64,000 nt of DNA, taken from NCBI GenBank assembly GCA_963732945.1, contig CAVTBL010000004.1, positions 206,894 to 270,893 on the forward strand, given 5' to 3'. Below the pieces are notes generated by a model. It was not told where the DNA came from and ran no database searches. It saw only the letters and a program-made list of their open reading frames with translations. Source of the stretch: an uncultured Chloroflexia bacterium. GTDB lineage: Bacteria; Chloroflexota; Dehalococcoidia; DSTF01; WHTK01. Each line of letters starts with the position of its first letter. The first letter of the stretch is position 1. Of the stretch, positions 40,893 through 51,178 are shown piece by piece. The translations under genes and the position numbers were made by a program.

Positions 40893-42023
40893 ATGAAAGT
40901 CACCTGTGCTCAGAACGACCTCGCACGCGGCCTCGGCATCGTAGGGCGCGCGGTAGCTGCCCGTAGCCCGCTGCCGATAACGGCCAACGTGCTCATCGCC
41001 AGCGACGAGGGGCGCCTCAAGCTCTCCGCCACAAATCTGGAGATCACGATCAGCTGCTGGCTCGACGCCGACTTCGAGGAGGACGGCGCCATCACCGTCC
41101 CCGCTCGCCTGCTCAGCGACTTCGTCGGCACGCTGCCCAACGACCGCATTTCGATGACCGTCTCCCCGCGCTCGCGCCAGGTGAAGCTCGAATGCGCCCG
41201 CAACGAGGCCTCGATCGGCGGCCTCGACGCCGACGACTTCCCGCCGCCGCCGGTCGTCAAGGACGGCATCGACGTACAGATCGACGCCAAGGCGCTGCGT
41301 CAGGCGATCGCCCAGACCGTGTTCGCCGCCGCCACCGACGACTCTCGGCCCGTGCTTACCGGCGTCGACACCAAGTTCGACGGCAAGACGCTGACCCTCG
41401 CTGCATCGGACGGCTTCCGCCTCTCGGTCTACAAGCTCACGCTCGACGAGTCGGTCGAAGGCACGGAGATCGTCGTGCCCGCAAAGGCGCTGGCGGAGTT
41501 GAGCCGGCTGCTCGGCGAAGAAGACGGTCCGATTACGCTGCGCACCAACGCCGCGAAGTCGCAGGTCCTGTTCCGGCTGCAGAACGCGGAGATGATAGCC
41601 CAGCTCATCCAGGGCACATTCCCCAACTTCAATCAGCTCATCCCGGCCAGCTACACCAGCAAGGCCGTTGCCGAGGTTGGCGAGTTCCTGCGCGAGACGC
41701 GCACCGCCTCCGTATTCGCCCGCGACGGCTCCGGTATCGTCCGGCTCGTCGTTTCGCCCGGCGAAGGCGCCGCCATGGGCAAGGTCGTAATCTCGGCTCG
41801 CGCCGAAGAGGTTGGCGACAACGAGGGCGAGATCGACGCGGCCGTCGAGGGCGAGGGCGTGAAGATCGCGTTCAACGGCAAGTACCTGCAGGACGTCCTG
41901 CAGGCCCTCGAAGGCGGTCAGCTGGCGATGGAGACGACAGGCCCCAGCAGCCAGGGCGTCTTCAAAACGGTCGGCGACGAGAACTACGTCCACGTCATCA
42001 TGCCGATGTTCGTGCAATGGTGA
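40893..42023 (+). CDS. dnaN: DNA polymerase III beta sliding clamp
   Basis: three-domain clamp; C-terminus ...VIMPMFVQW-stop. Not adjacent to dnaA in this window. Confidence 0.9.
   Translation: MKVTCAQNDLARGLGIVGRAVAARSPLPITANVLIASDEGRLKLSATNLEITISCWLDADFEEDGAITVPARLLSDFVGTLPNDRISMTVSPRSRQVKLECARNEASIGGLDADDFPPPPVVKDGIDVQIDAKALRQAIAQTVFAAATDDSRPVLTGVDTKFDGKTLTLAASDGFRLSVYKLTLDESVEGTEIVVPAKALAELSRLLGEEDGPITLRTNAAKSQVLFRLQNAEMIAQLIQGTFPNFNQLIPASYTSKAVAEVGEFLRETRTASVFARDGSGIVRLVVSPGEGAAMGKVVISARAEEVGDNEGEIDAAVEGEGVKIAFNGKYLQDVLQALEGGQLAMETTGPSSQGVFKTVGDENYVHVIMPMFVQW
42003..42023 (+). repeat. dnaN 3'-end core (copy 1 of 3): CCGATGTTCGTGCAATGGTGA
   Basis: identical 21-nt cores differ only at three synonymous third positions among copies. 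Confidence 0.6.
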
Positions 42024-42618
42024 GTACAGGCGTTCCGTGCCGCTTGGAGCTATCTCTCTTCCGCTAGACAGCACCTTGTCAAATAGAGTTTCATCGACAC
42101 GAGTTGTTTCAATCTCGGGTAGGCAGCCTCCGCCCTGTTCAGGGCTTATCGCGGTTGGTTACCGCTCTTCGCAGAGTGCGGCATGACGTGGCGGCCGCGT
42201 CAGAGCGTTCGAATCGTCCCGCGCCAAAATGGTGCGCCGTCGCCGCGCTACTCGATCTGTGGCGAGGCGACATAAGAGCGGGCGTCTGCCGTTGTTCGCG
42301 GCCAGACGGCTCGTCATTAGTTGGGCTGAGCGCCCAGGGTTGGCGCCGCGTATTTCCGCCGCGCAGGCTCCACCGGCGATGGTTGAGTGTTTCGCTCGCT
42401 AACATCCATCAACATTCTTTTGAGAGCGCCTGTAGGCCCTCATCGACCGCCCAGAGGGTTCATGAATTTCAACAGAAGATACTCGGCGTGTGTTAGGGTA
42501 AGGGTAATGTCGTGAGCATCCACCGCGACGTTTCCACCCTGCCTCTGATGGAGGCAGCGCAAGTTTCGGACTGACTCAGGCCCTTCGGTGCTGCGCTTCC
42601 GGTATCTGTGATTACGCG

Positions 42619-43989
42619 ATGCCGGAGGTACTTTTGCTTTCCCCCTTTAGAGGTCGAGCCCGCAAACCGGCTTCGTTGACTCCTCTCAATTCCCTAGAAC
42701 TGGTTCATAGCGACGCCTCGGTGATTCCGATCCTCCAAACCACAGGCTTGGGGGTAAGGAAGCTCGAATGGCGCGGCCCTGAGCGTTTCGGATCCGAAGA
42801 CAATCGGCGCCTTCGGATCGCAATCGTGAGCCCGGAAGTAGGGGCGGGCGCCGGTGTGCCGCATTACTGGCTGGCACTGGCAAAGGTGCTCTCAATGAAG
42901 CACGAGTTGCATGTCTTCACTGCGAAGACCGATCGCGAAGCTGTCGACGGCGTCAGCTTTCACACGATCCCCATCGTGGCCGCCGGCTGGTTCCTCAGCC
43001 ATATGACCTTCTATCTCGTAGCAAGAGCCCGGTTCCTGTTTCACAGGCTGAGTTTCCAGAAGCCTTTCGACGTGGTGCTCGGAGTGGGTGCGCTGACGCC
43101 CTTTGCGGATGTAACGACTGTTCACTTCGTCCAGGCCCGAGAGATCGAGTTGCAGCGCCAGGGACTGATCCCTCGTCCGCGTCCTCTGGCCGGCCTGGCG
43201 GCATTCGACTACGCGCTGTACAGCCGCACGATGGCCTGGTTAGGCGCACGCTTCTACCGGGATACGAAGGCATCGATCGTCGCGATCTCTCAGTCGGTGA
43301 AGCGGGACATAGCACTGTTCGAAGGCGCGAACCCGGCAGCGATCTCGGTCGTTCCTAATGGCGTCGACGTCGTGCGGTTCAGTCCGGCCAATCGAGAGCG
43401 CTTTCGCCGTGAGACGAGAGAGTCTCTTGGCCTCGCCGATACCGATGTTGCCGTACTCTTCGTCGGCAACTCGTGGGGCCGCAAAGGCTTACGTACTGCC
43501 ATCGAGGCGATTAATGGTCCGGGTCAGAGCAACGTTCGGCTCATCGTGGTAGGCGATGGCGATCCGCCCTCGTTCGTGCAGACGCTACCGGCAGAGCTGG
43601 CTCAGCGCATCATCTTTGTCGGACCGAAGAGTGCCGATGTGGAGCGCTACTACGCCGCGTCTGACATCTTCCTCCTCCCGACGCTGTATGAGCCCTTCGG
43701 CCTCGTGATTCTCGAAGCGCTTGCGAGCGGCTTGCCGTCTATTTTCAGCGCATGTGCAGGCGCCGCCGAATGGCTGGAGGACGGCGTCGATGCATTGTTC
43801 TTACGCGATCCTGCCGACGGCGAGGAGGCCAGGATGGCTTTGCGAAGCGTGATTTCGAGCGCGGAGTTCGCTGCGCGACTCTCTGAGAATGGCCGGCTGG
43901 CCGCCGAAAGCCTCCAATGGGGCAATGTCGGATGGCAGCTCATCGAAACTGCGGCAGCTCGTAAGCGCACGCTCGCGGCCAGCGCGTAG
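42619..43989 (+). CDS. GT4-family glycosyltransferase
   Basis: EPFGLVILEALASGLPSI motif; lower GC; N-terminal start uncertain. Confidence 0.75.
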   Translation: MPEVLLLSPFRGRARKPASLTPLNSLELVHSDASVIPILQTTGLGVRKLEWRGPERFGSEDNRRLRIAIVSPEVGAGAGVPHYWLALAKVLSMKHELHVFTAKTDREAVDGVSFHTIPIVAAGWFLSHMTFYLVARARFLFHRLSFQKPFDVVLGVGALTPFADVTTVHFVQAREIELQRQGLIPRPRPLAGLAAFDYALYSRTMAWLGARFYRDTKASIVAISQSVKRDIALFEGANPAAISVVPNGVDVVRFSPANRERFRRETRESLGLADTDVAVLFVGNSWGRKGLRTAIEAINGPGQSNVRLIVVGDGDPPSFVQTLPAELAQRIIFVGPKSADVERYYAASDIFLLPTLYEPFGLVILEALASGLPSIFSACAGAAEWLEDGVDALFLRDPADGEEARMALRSVISSAEFAARLSENGRLAAESLQWGNVGWQLIETAAARKRTLAASA

Positions 43990-43992
43990 CAT

Positions 43993-46035
43993 ATGCCACG
44001 AGACCTTCCCCTGAGCAACGGCCACCTGTTGGTCACGTTCGACTCAGACTACGCGCTGAGTGACATCTACTTCCCGCACGTGGGAACAGAAAACCACGCC
44101 TATCGAAGGCACTCCAGGCTCGGCGTCTGGGTGGACGGAGAGTTCGCCTGGCTGCGCGATCCCGGTTGGGAGCTTTCGCTTCGTTACGCCGATGATTCTC
44201 TCGTTACAAATGTTGAAGCCACGAATCGGCGCCTCGGCGTAGTCCTTACGATCGAAGACGCCGTTGACTTCGACCAGGATGTATTGCTGAGGCGGTTCAC
44301 CGCGCTTAGCCTGGCGGGCCATTCGGTCGACGTGCGCCTCTACGTTCATCTGGACTTCGCCCTTGGCGGTAATACAGTCGGAGACACCGTGTTCTTCCAC
44401 CCGGAGTACCGGTCGATCGTCGCGTATAAGAACCAGCACTACCTGCTGCTCGGTGGTCGCACTGAAACCCGAGACCACCTCGACGGTTGGACAACAGGAC
44501 AAAAGCAAAGCTGGCGAGACGCCGAAGACGGTGCCCTGGAAGGATTGCCCATAGCCTTCGGCTCTGTCGATTGCGTTGGTGAGCTGAGGCTGGGCCAGGT
44601 TGGCACAGATGCGCCCACAGTTGCGCATGCATGGATCGCTGCCGGAGCCAGCCTTGAGGACGTGGGCAAGCTGAGTCAGATCGTCCTGACCAGGGGACCG
44701 GATAGCCTCATCGACCGCACGTACAAGTACTGGCAGGCATGGGTTAAGAAGGACACAGACGTTCATCCCGGACTGGGCGCTCTGCCCGAACCGATACAGA
44801 AGCTATACCGCCGCAGCCTGCTAATCGCGAATGCCCAAACGGACTACGGCGGAGCGATCATCGCATCACCCGACTCGGAGATTTCGGACGCCTTCAGTCC
44901 CCGAGGCGCTTCAGGCCCACCCATCACCGACATCTTCCAGGGCCACGAAAGCTACGCCTACTCATGGCCGAGAGACGGTTCGCTGGTGGCGATGGCGCTC
45001 GACAACGCCGGCTATGCTTCCGTGGCCCGCGCCTACATCAGCTTCTGCAAGGAAACCGCTATCCACCGCAACAAGGACGGCGAAGAACAGGCCTACATGC
45101 TCCAGAAGTACCTGTCCAACGGTGCTGTCGCGAGCAACGTCATCGCGTGGATCGATGACGATGGCGCGGCGCGCCTCCCTATCCAGGAGGATGAGACAGC
45201 GCTGGTACTGATCGCGATTCGGAACCACTATGCGCAGACCAGCGACTGGGGATTTGTCTCGCCTCTGTATCACCCGATGATCGTCAGCATGGCGAATTTT
45301 CTCGTCGACTTTCGTGACCCAGACACCGGCCTGCCTTGCCCGAGCCAGGACCTCTGGGAGGAGCGACAGGGAATGCACGCCTTCTCAATCGCCACGACCT
45401 GGCGCGCACTCCGAGATACTGCGTATTTCACTGAGCTGTTCGCCGAGCCGGATCAGACCAACAAGTACCTGCAGGCGGCGGCGGACCTCAAAGCGGCAAC
45501 GGAACGGTATCTCTTCGACCCTGAGTCGGGTCGATTCGCGCGCAGCCTGTTCGTCGATCGAGACGGCGTGCTACGCCGAGACATGATTGTAGACGCAAGT
45601 GTCTTTGCACTGTCCTACTTCGGCATGTTCGAGCCAGACGATCCCCGTATAGCTGCCACTATGGAAGCGATCGAGGCGACGCTCGTTTGTCCTGAAGGCC
45701 ATGCCGGGTTGGCGCGTTTCAAGGGCGATACCTATCACCTCAGACAGAGCGGTGCCGACCTGAACGTCCCCGGCAATCCCTGGTTCATCTGCACGCTGTG
45801 GCTGGCGCAGTATCAGTTGCAGCGCGCCAGGGTAGCTGCTGACCTTGAAGCACCCATGGAGATTCTCTGCCAGGTCGAGAGGTCCGCACTCCCCAGCGGT
45901 GTCCTTGCGGAGCAGATCGATGCGGTCTCAGGGGAGCCGGCGGGAGCAACCCCCTTAACGTGGTCGCACGCTACGGTAATCCTGACTGTCCTCGAATATC
46001 TGAAGGCAAAGGAACGAATCTGCGGTTCCGACTAG
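43993..46035 (+). CDS. glycoside hydrolase family 15 (glucoamylase/glucodextranase/trehalase-like)
   Basis: GH15 (alpha/alpha)6 catalytic motifs including SWPRDGS. Confidence 0.8.
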   Translation: MPRDLPLSNGHLLVTFDSDYALSDIYFPHVGTENHAYRRHSRLGVWVDGEFAWLRDPGWELSLRYADDSLVTNVEATNRRLGVVLTIEDAVDFDQDVLLRRFTALSLAGHSVDVRLYVHLDFALGGNTVGDTVFFHPEYRSIVAYKNQHYLLLGGRTETRDHLDGWTTGQKQSWRDAEDGALEGLPIAFGSVDCVGELRLGQVGTDAPTVAHAWIAAGASLEDVGKLSQIVLTRGPDSLIDRTYKYWQAWVKKDTDVHPGLGALPEPIQKLYRRSLLIANAQTDYGGAIIASPDSEISDAFSPRGASGPPITDIFQGHESYAYSWPRDGSLVAMALDNAGYASVARAYISFCKETAIHRNKDGEEQAYMLQKYLSNGAVASNVIAWIDDDGAARLPIQEDETALVLIAIRNHYAQTSDWGFVSPLYHPMIVSMANFLVDFRDPDTGLPCPSQDLWEERQGMHAFSIATTWRALRDTAYFTELFAEPDQTNKYLQAAADLKAATERYLFDPESGRFARSLFVDRDGVLRRDMIVDASVFALSYFGMFEPDDPRIAATMEAIEATLVCPEGHAGLARFKGDTYHLRQSGADLNVPGNPWFICTLWLAQYQLQRARVAADLEAPMEILCQVERSALPSGVLAEQIDAVSGEPAGATPLTWSHATVILTVLEYLKAKERICGSD

Positions 46036-46071
46036 TGCGCAAATCTCGGTACATCGGGCGTTGCAGGAGTC

Positions 46072-47755
46072 ATGGCTAGTCACGCCTCCCCCTGGTGGAA
46101 AGACGCGATCTTCTACGAGATTTTCCCGCGAAGCTTCATGGACGCCGACGGCGATGGAGTTGGCGACCTCCGGGGCATTCTCTCCAGGCTGGATTACCTC
46201 AAGGACCTCGGCGTCGATGCACTGTGGCTCACACCCATCTTCCAATCTCCGTGGAAGGATTCAGGCTACGACGTCGCCGACTATGAACGCATCGATCCTT
46301 CAATGGGAACCATGGCGGACTTTCGAGAACTCCTCAAAGAGGCGCATCGTCGGAATCTGCGGATTATCATCGACCTCGTCATCAACCACACGTCGGACGA
46401 GCACTCCTGGTTCCGCGAGTCGCGCTCGTCCCCGAACAACCCCAAGCGCGACTTCTACATTTGGCGACCGGCCAGAGACGGCGCCCAACCGAACAACTGG
46501 AAATCGCTGGTCAAGGGCTCGGTATGGGAGTGGGATGAGGTCTCCGGCGAGTATTACTTGCATCTCTTTTCGAAGTACCAGCCGGACCTCAATTGGGAGA
46601 ACCCTAAAGTCAAGGCAGCGGTCTTTGAGATGATGCGAGGCTGGCTGGCCATGGGGGTCGATGGCTTCCGGATGGACGTGATCAATTGCCTCATGAAACC
46701 GGCCGGTCTTCCGGATGCTCAGCGCAACCCCGGCGACGATGAGCCGTACGTTCTGGACCGTGCTCTGTACGCCGACAACCCGGGGATGCACGAGTTGCTC
46801 CAAGAAATGCGCCGAGACGTGTTGGAGCCGTTTGGCGCCTGCTCGATCGGCGAGGTCCACTTCAACACGAAGGAGGCGGCCGGCCTCTACGTTGAGCCGG
46901 CTCGGAGGGAGCTGGACCTGATCTTCCAGACCGATCTGCTCTTCAACCGTACCGGCCCCGCGTTTATCGGCAGAAGCATCGCGGCATGGGACATCGCCTT
47001 GCGGGGGCGAGGCTGGAACGCCTTTTGTCTCGGTAATCACGATACACCGCGTCAGGTTTCGGTCCTCGGAGACGATGGCCAATATCGCTCTGAGTCGGCC
47101 AAGGCGCTGGCGACACTGGCTTTGACGGCTCCGGGTTCGCCGTTCATCTTCCAGGGTGACGAACTCGGCATGACCAACGTCTCTTTCGAGCGTCTGGAAG
47201 ATTATCGCGACATCGAGATGAAGAGCTTCTTCGAGGAAAAAGTGGCGGCAGGCGCTGACCCAACCGACGCACTGAATTTTCTGCGACCAAGATCCCGCGA
47301 TAACTCTCGGACACCCATGCAGTGGTCGGCTGCACGAAGTGCAGGATTCACGACAGGCACTCCGTGGATAGAAGCCAATCCCAACTACCGCGGAATCAAC
47401 GTGGAAGAGCAGGAGGGCAACCCGAGTTCAGTCTTGCAGTTCTATCGACGCTTGGTGGCCTTGCGGAAGGAACACGCTTGCCTGTCCCTTGGCGACTACC
47501 GGCCCATTGCCAGCGGCCACGAGGACTTGCTTGCGTATCGGCGCTCTTTACCTGAGGAAACCTTGCTCATTCTCGTGAACCTGTCGCCCCGCTCCATAAG
47601 TTTCAGCACTGACGTGCCGGCAAGCGGGGTCCAGCTTATCGGCAACTATCCCGCGGCGGACGAGATTCAGGATCATGTCCGGCCCGTGGGAGTTGCGCAT
47701 CGTGCGCTGCGCTTGGCCAGAGGACAAGCTCGCCAACACTCCTGGAGTCTACTGA
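46072..47755 (+). CDS. GH13 alpha-glucosidase (oligo-1,6-glucosidase/TreS-like), with an apparent +1 frameshift near 47670
   Basis: WWKDAIFYEIFPRSF...DGDGVGDL...GFRMDV...catalytic motifs. The C-terminus ...MSGPWELRIVR...GVY-stop is in the +1 frame; the ORF-track tail after ~47680 is out-of-frame junk. Confidence 0.8.
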
Positions 47756-48231
47756 TCGCGAGAGGGAGACCGCTGCTAGCCCTGGCAACGTGTGATGATG
47801 GTAGAGCGAGCTGGTCTGCCGCACGACGCTGGCTCATCCCTATCGTGTGTATTCACGACGCCTATCTATTTTGTCTGCGAAGGCTTAGAATAGAGCCACA
47901 AGAACCCCTCAGTTCTCAGACCTGCCAGCTTCACAAAAGCCGTCTCCTCTGTCCTCTTCGGGCAATCTTGATTCGCTACGAATCAGAGGAAGACACGCCG
48001 TCCACGTTCCCACTGCCTCAGTCGCGAACCTCGTGATGCAGACCACGCGTCTGCTTTTCCATGGTTCGTCTCCGCTGTCGCGTTCTCGACAAGGGTGCCG
48101 TTTCTTCCGATGGGACCACCGTTAGGCCATTCGGGTCACACCGCTACTGGTGCCTCGGATGATTCGTCAGTGGCTTAACACCGTTTCGTTGCTGAAACGC
48201 AAAGTGCCAGCGCGACAGAGAGAGGATCGAA

Positions 48232-48480
48232 ATGACTCGAGGTTCCGTAACCAAGCTCGTAACTACCTTCGGCTCGAATTGGGGCCGAATCCGAGGGGAC
48301 TCTGCATCGAAGGACATCTTCTTCAACACCGCGTCCCTTGAAGAGCCCGCCGAATTCTCATCGCTAAAGGTCGGCCTGGCTGTTGATTTCGACGAACTGC
48401 CGGACTTCATCAACGGGAGCCATGCCGAGAACGTGGTCCTGACGTCCTCGGAATCGAGCGACGGCGCGAGTGAGTCATGA
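48232..48480 (+). CDS. divergent cold-shock-domain-like protein
   Basis: CSD-like pattern GSVTKLV...GSNWGRIRGD...KDIFFNTASLE...LKVGLAVDFD...AENVVL; low GC; isolated in a ~1-kb otherwise non-coding stretch. Confidence 0.5.
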   Translation: MTRGSVTKLVTTFGSNWGRIRGDSASKDIFFNTASLEEPAEFSSLKVGLAVDFDELPDFINGSHAENVVLTSSESSDGASES

Positions 48481-48809
48481 TGTCCCCCTTGTGTTATCTG
48501 GGCCTGCATTCCTGGCCGCGACTGCACGGCATCTGGCATGAAGCAGTCATGGAGCCGGCTTCAGCTACCTGCACTCATTGTGGCAAACCACTCGCCAGCG
48601 TCTGGCGGACCGTATATCCGCAAGATGGCAGCAGATGTCGTCGCGGCGCGTGCCAGATTCACGGCTGAATGGAGTCCAGGTGCCCCAATATTCCCGGAGC
48701 CGAATGGCTCCCGAAGCTGGCGACTTTCAGCACTGCTGGGGAACACTTCGCTATGCGTAACGTGATGTTAGTAGTGTGTAGACAAGCTCGTAATCAGAGG
48801 AACTGACTA

Positions 48810-49076
48810 ATGAGCATCATCGCTTGGATCGTCGTAGGTCTTATCTCAGGTGTCATAGCGAAAGCGTTAATGCCCGGCCGCGAACCAGGTGGAATAATCT
48901 TCACCATCGTTCTTGGCATCGCTGGTGCCTTTGTCGGTGGCTTTCTGGCCATTGCCCTCGGTATCAGTGACGGCGTCAACAACTTCGACCTCGGCACGAT
49001 CGTGCTCGCGGTGATCGGGGCGATGCTGCTTCTTGTCGTCTACCGCACGATCACCAGCGGCAGACTGCACGCCTGA
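48810..49076 (+). CDS. GlsB/YeaQ/YmgE-family stress-response membrane protein
   Basis: two-TM Gly-rich small protein; GAGGA SD; followed by a T7 tract. Confidence 0.7.
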   Translation: MSIIAWIVVGLISGVIAKALMPGREPGGIIFTIVLGIAGAFVGGFLAIALGISDGVNNFDLGTIVLAVIGAMLLLVVYRTITSGRLHA

Positions 49077-49612
49077 CAACGCCAGCGATGCAGGGCTTTT
49101 TTTCCTGCCAGAGCTAGCTCGTAGAACGCCCGCAGCGCGGGCGAAAGAAGGACATTTTGAACACGTGCCCATTCCGAACAGAAGCCTGTACTCTTAGCAC
49201 TCCCTGCTCGAAGTGCCGCGAAGTTGCCACCAGAACTGCTCACGTTCTCGTGCGCTTCCAGGCACAGGGTACGCACGGGGCGAGTCACAGCCATCAGGTG
49301 CACACGCGATACCAGCCAAAGCACGGCGGTTACTGGCAGCGGAAAGCAGCCTGAGGTTGCTACCGGTGAGCCCCGATAAGCCGCGCCGCCGCGCCGCAAG
49401 CCTGCCTAGCACAATGCGAGCGTGCGAAATCACGCCGGGGCAAGGTGATCAGGCTGAAGCCAGTCACTGACGCAGGACAGCGCCCCGCGCAATTCAGGTC
49501 GGCCGTACTTCAAGCGAGGACCTATCGAGTCCAGGCCCGCAAAGACGAGTTCACGATTTTATTGCCGCCACCAAGCTAAATGGCACGTTCGCGATTTGGC
49601 TGCCGTTGAAAA

Positions 49613-49639
49613 TATATTCCGATGTTCGTCCAGTGGTGA
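49613..49639 (+). repeat. dnaN 3'-end core copy 2 (TATATTCCGATGTTCGTCCAGTGGTGA), non-coding
   Basis: an in-frame stop lies 3 codons upstream, so it is not a gene; encodes YIPMFVQW-stop. Confidence 0.6.
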
Positions 49640-49941
49640 TAAACTTCGGCACTTCAGCGGGCAAAATCCCCCTGATAGTGGCCCTCTCGCGCGTCGCTTC
49701 AACAGTGATCTGAAGCGCTTCCAGCACCTGCGACCACTCTTCCGCACCTGCGTTTTCAAGCCAGGTTTCGATGTGCTGGGCTATGGCGATGCCGTACCGC
49801 TTGTCTACGCGCGCCCCAGCGCCGGACCATTCCGATAGCCCGCCTCCTCACTTCCCGCAATGGCAAGGGCCAAGGCTGTGGCGGTCGTTGTCATTGCGGC
49901 CGTTATGTAGCGGCAGCGAAACCAGGGGCGTAACGGGGCGG

Positions 49942-50931
49942 TTACCTCGCGAGTACGGACAGCCTCGCGGGTGGTTCGTGCGGGCGCAGCTCTTCGAGGT
50001 GGATGCGCAGGAAGTCCAGCAGGTGGCGCCGTTTCTCCGCGCCGCGCACCCCGTTTGCCGCGCCTTCGCTCTCAGGCGGGGCGAGATGTGGCGCCACGCG
50101 CGAGGCACGCTCGTAGACGCGGCGCCAGGTCTTCTTCACCGCGTCGGGGGAGACACCCAGAGCCTGGGCAATCTCAGCGTCCGATTCGTTGAGCAGCGCC
50201 AGCTCCAGCACCCGTTGCTCTCCGGAGGAGAAGTGAATGCGCGGCTGCATTGGGTAAAAGAGGAACGAAAGCGGGTTCACCGCTGAAGGCTGCACGTCGT
50301 CCTTACGTAACAGCAAGAAGTAGGGCTTGAGCTCAAGGGATGCAACATTCGACGACTCGTCAGAAGCCGCGCCAAAGTAATCGACTATATGAAAGCCACC
50401 AGCCTTCATGTACTCGGCCGCCTGGAGGCCATAGACCTCCTGCATCGCGGTCTTGAGATGATAGCCTCCGTAGAAAAAGAAAAACGCTGTGTTGACTGCA
50501 AACATAACTTCCTGCGTCCGTGGGTGGGAGAGGTCGGGGTCCCTTAGGGCAAAGTGCAGCATGAGAAGGTGTAGGCCGCCGTGCGAGTTAGCTTCGCGAA
50601 TCTCCTTGTAGGACAGGACGGGCGAGTCCTCTGCTAAGGCGTCTTCGTAGAGTTTCGCTGAAAGACCTGGGTAAGGCTGTTTAAGGTAGTTCTCCGCGAA
50701 GTCTTCTCGAAGGAAGACGCTGGCGCCGACCATCTGAATAGCTTCGTGAGTTGGTAAGTCTGGGTCCTCTATTAGCGTGATGCGCATCGAATTGTTGGCC
50801 AGCAACGCTTTCCATAAGTCCACAAGATTGTTTCTCACAAACAAACTCGGCGCGAAGCCAGGGTGGAGCAAGGATCGGAAGGTCTCGAGGTCGGCGGGCG
50901 TAGCGAGGCGATAGCGCATGGTAGTTCTCAT
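49942..50931 (-). CDS. LuxR-family HTH regulator with uncharacterised N-terminal domain
   Basis: LuxR-type HTH (SSGEQRVLELALLNESDAEIAQALGVSPDAVKKTWRRVYER); low GC. Confidence 0.7.
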   Translation of the reverse strand: MRTTMRYRLATPADLETFRSLLHPGFAPSLFVRNNLVDLWKALLANNSMRITLIEDPDLPTHEAIQMVGASVFLREDFAENYLKQPYPGLSAKLYEDALAEDSPVLSYKEIREANSHGGLHLLMLHFALRDPDLSHPRTQEVMFAVNTAFFFFYGGYHLKTAMQEVYGLQAAEYMKAGGFHIVDYFGAASDESSNVASLELKPYFLLLRKDDVQPSAVNPLSFLFYPMQPRIHFSSGEQRVLELALLNESDAEIAQALGVSPDAVKKTWRRVYERASRVAPHLAPPESEGAANGVRGAEKRRHLLDFLRIHLEELRPHEPPARLSVLAR

Positions 50932-51178
50932 AATCCCGCGGAGGAATCAAAGACAGTAGGACTGTCACCTTTTAGGGGATTGTTGCCCGCTGACCGGGAA
51001 ACTAAGTTATCACAAGTATAGGCTTCTAGTTCACAACTTGAACGTTGCCGAATTGCGCAGACAACCGAATGTGACTGGACCGGAACGAATTAATTCCTGT
51101 ACAAGCGGCAGAGATCGTATGCGCGCGGAGCAGCAATGAGAATCTGGAAAGTCTGTGCGGTATCGGAGTTAGGCAAGA

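Noticed and set aside
42195-42230. tRNA-like T-loop sequence GTTCGAATC in the ORF-free region after dnaN
   Set aside because: Flanking bases cannot form a T-stem (GAGCG vs CGTCC), and no acceptor or anticodon arms can be folded; not a tRNA.
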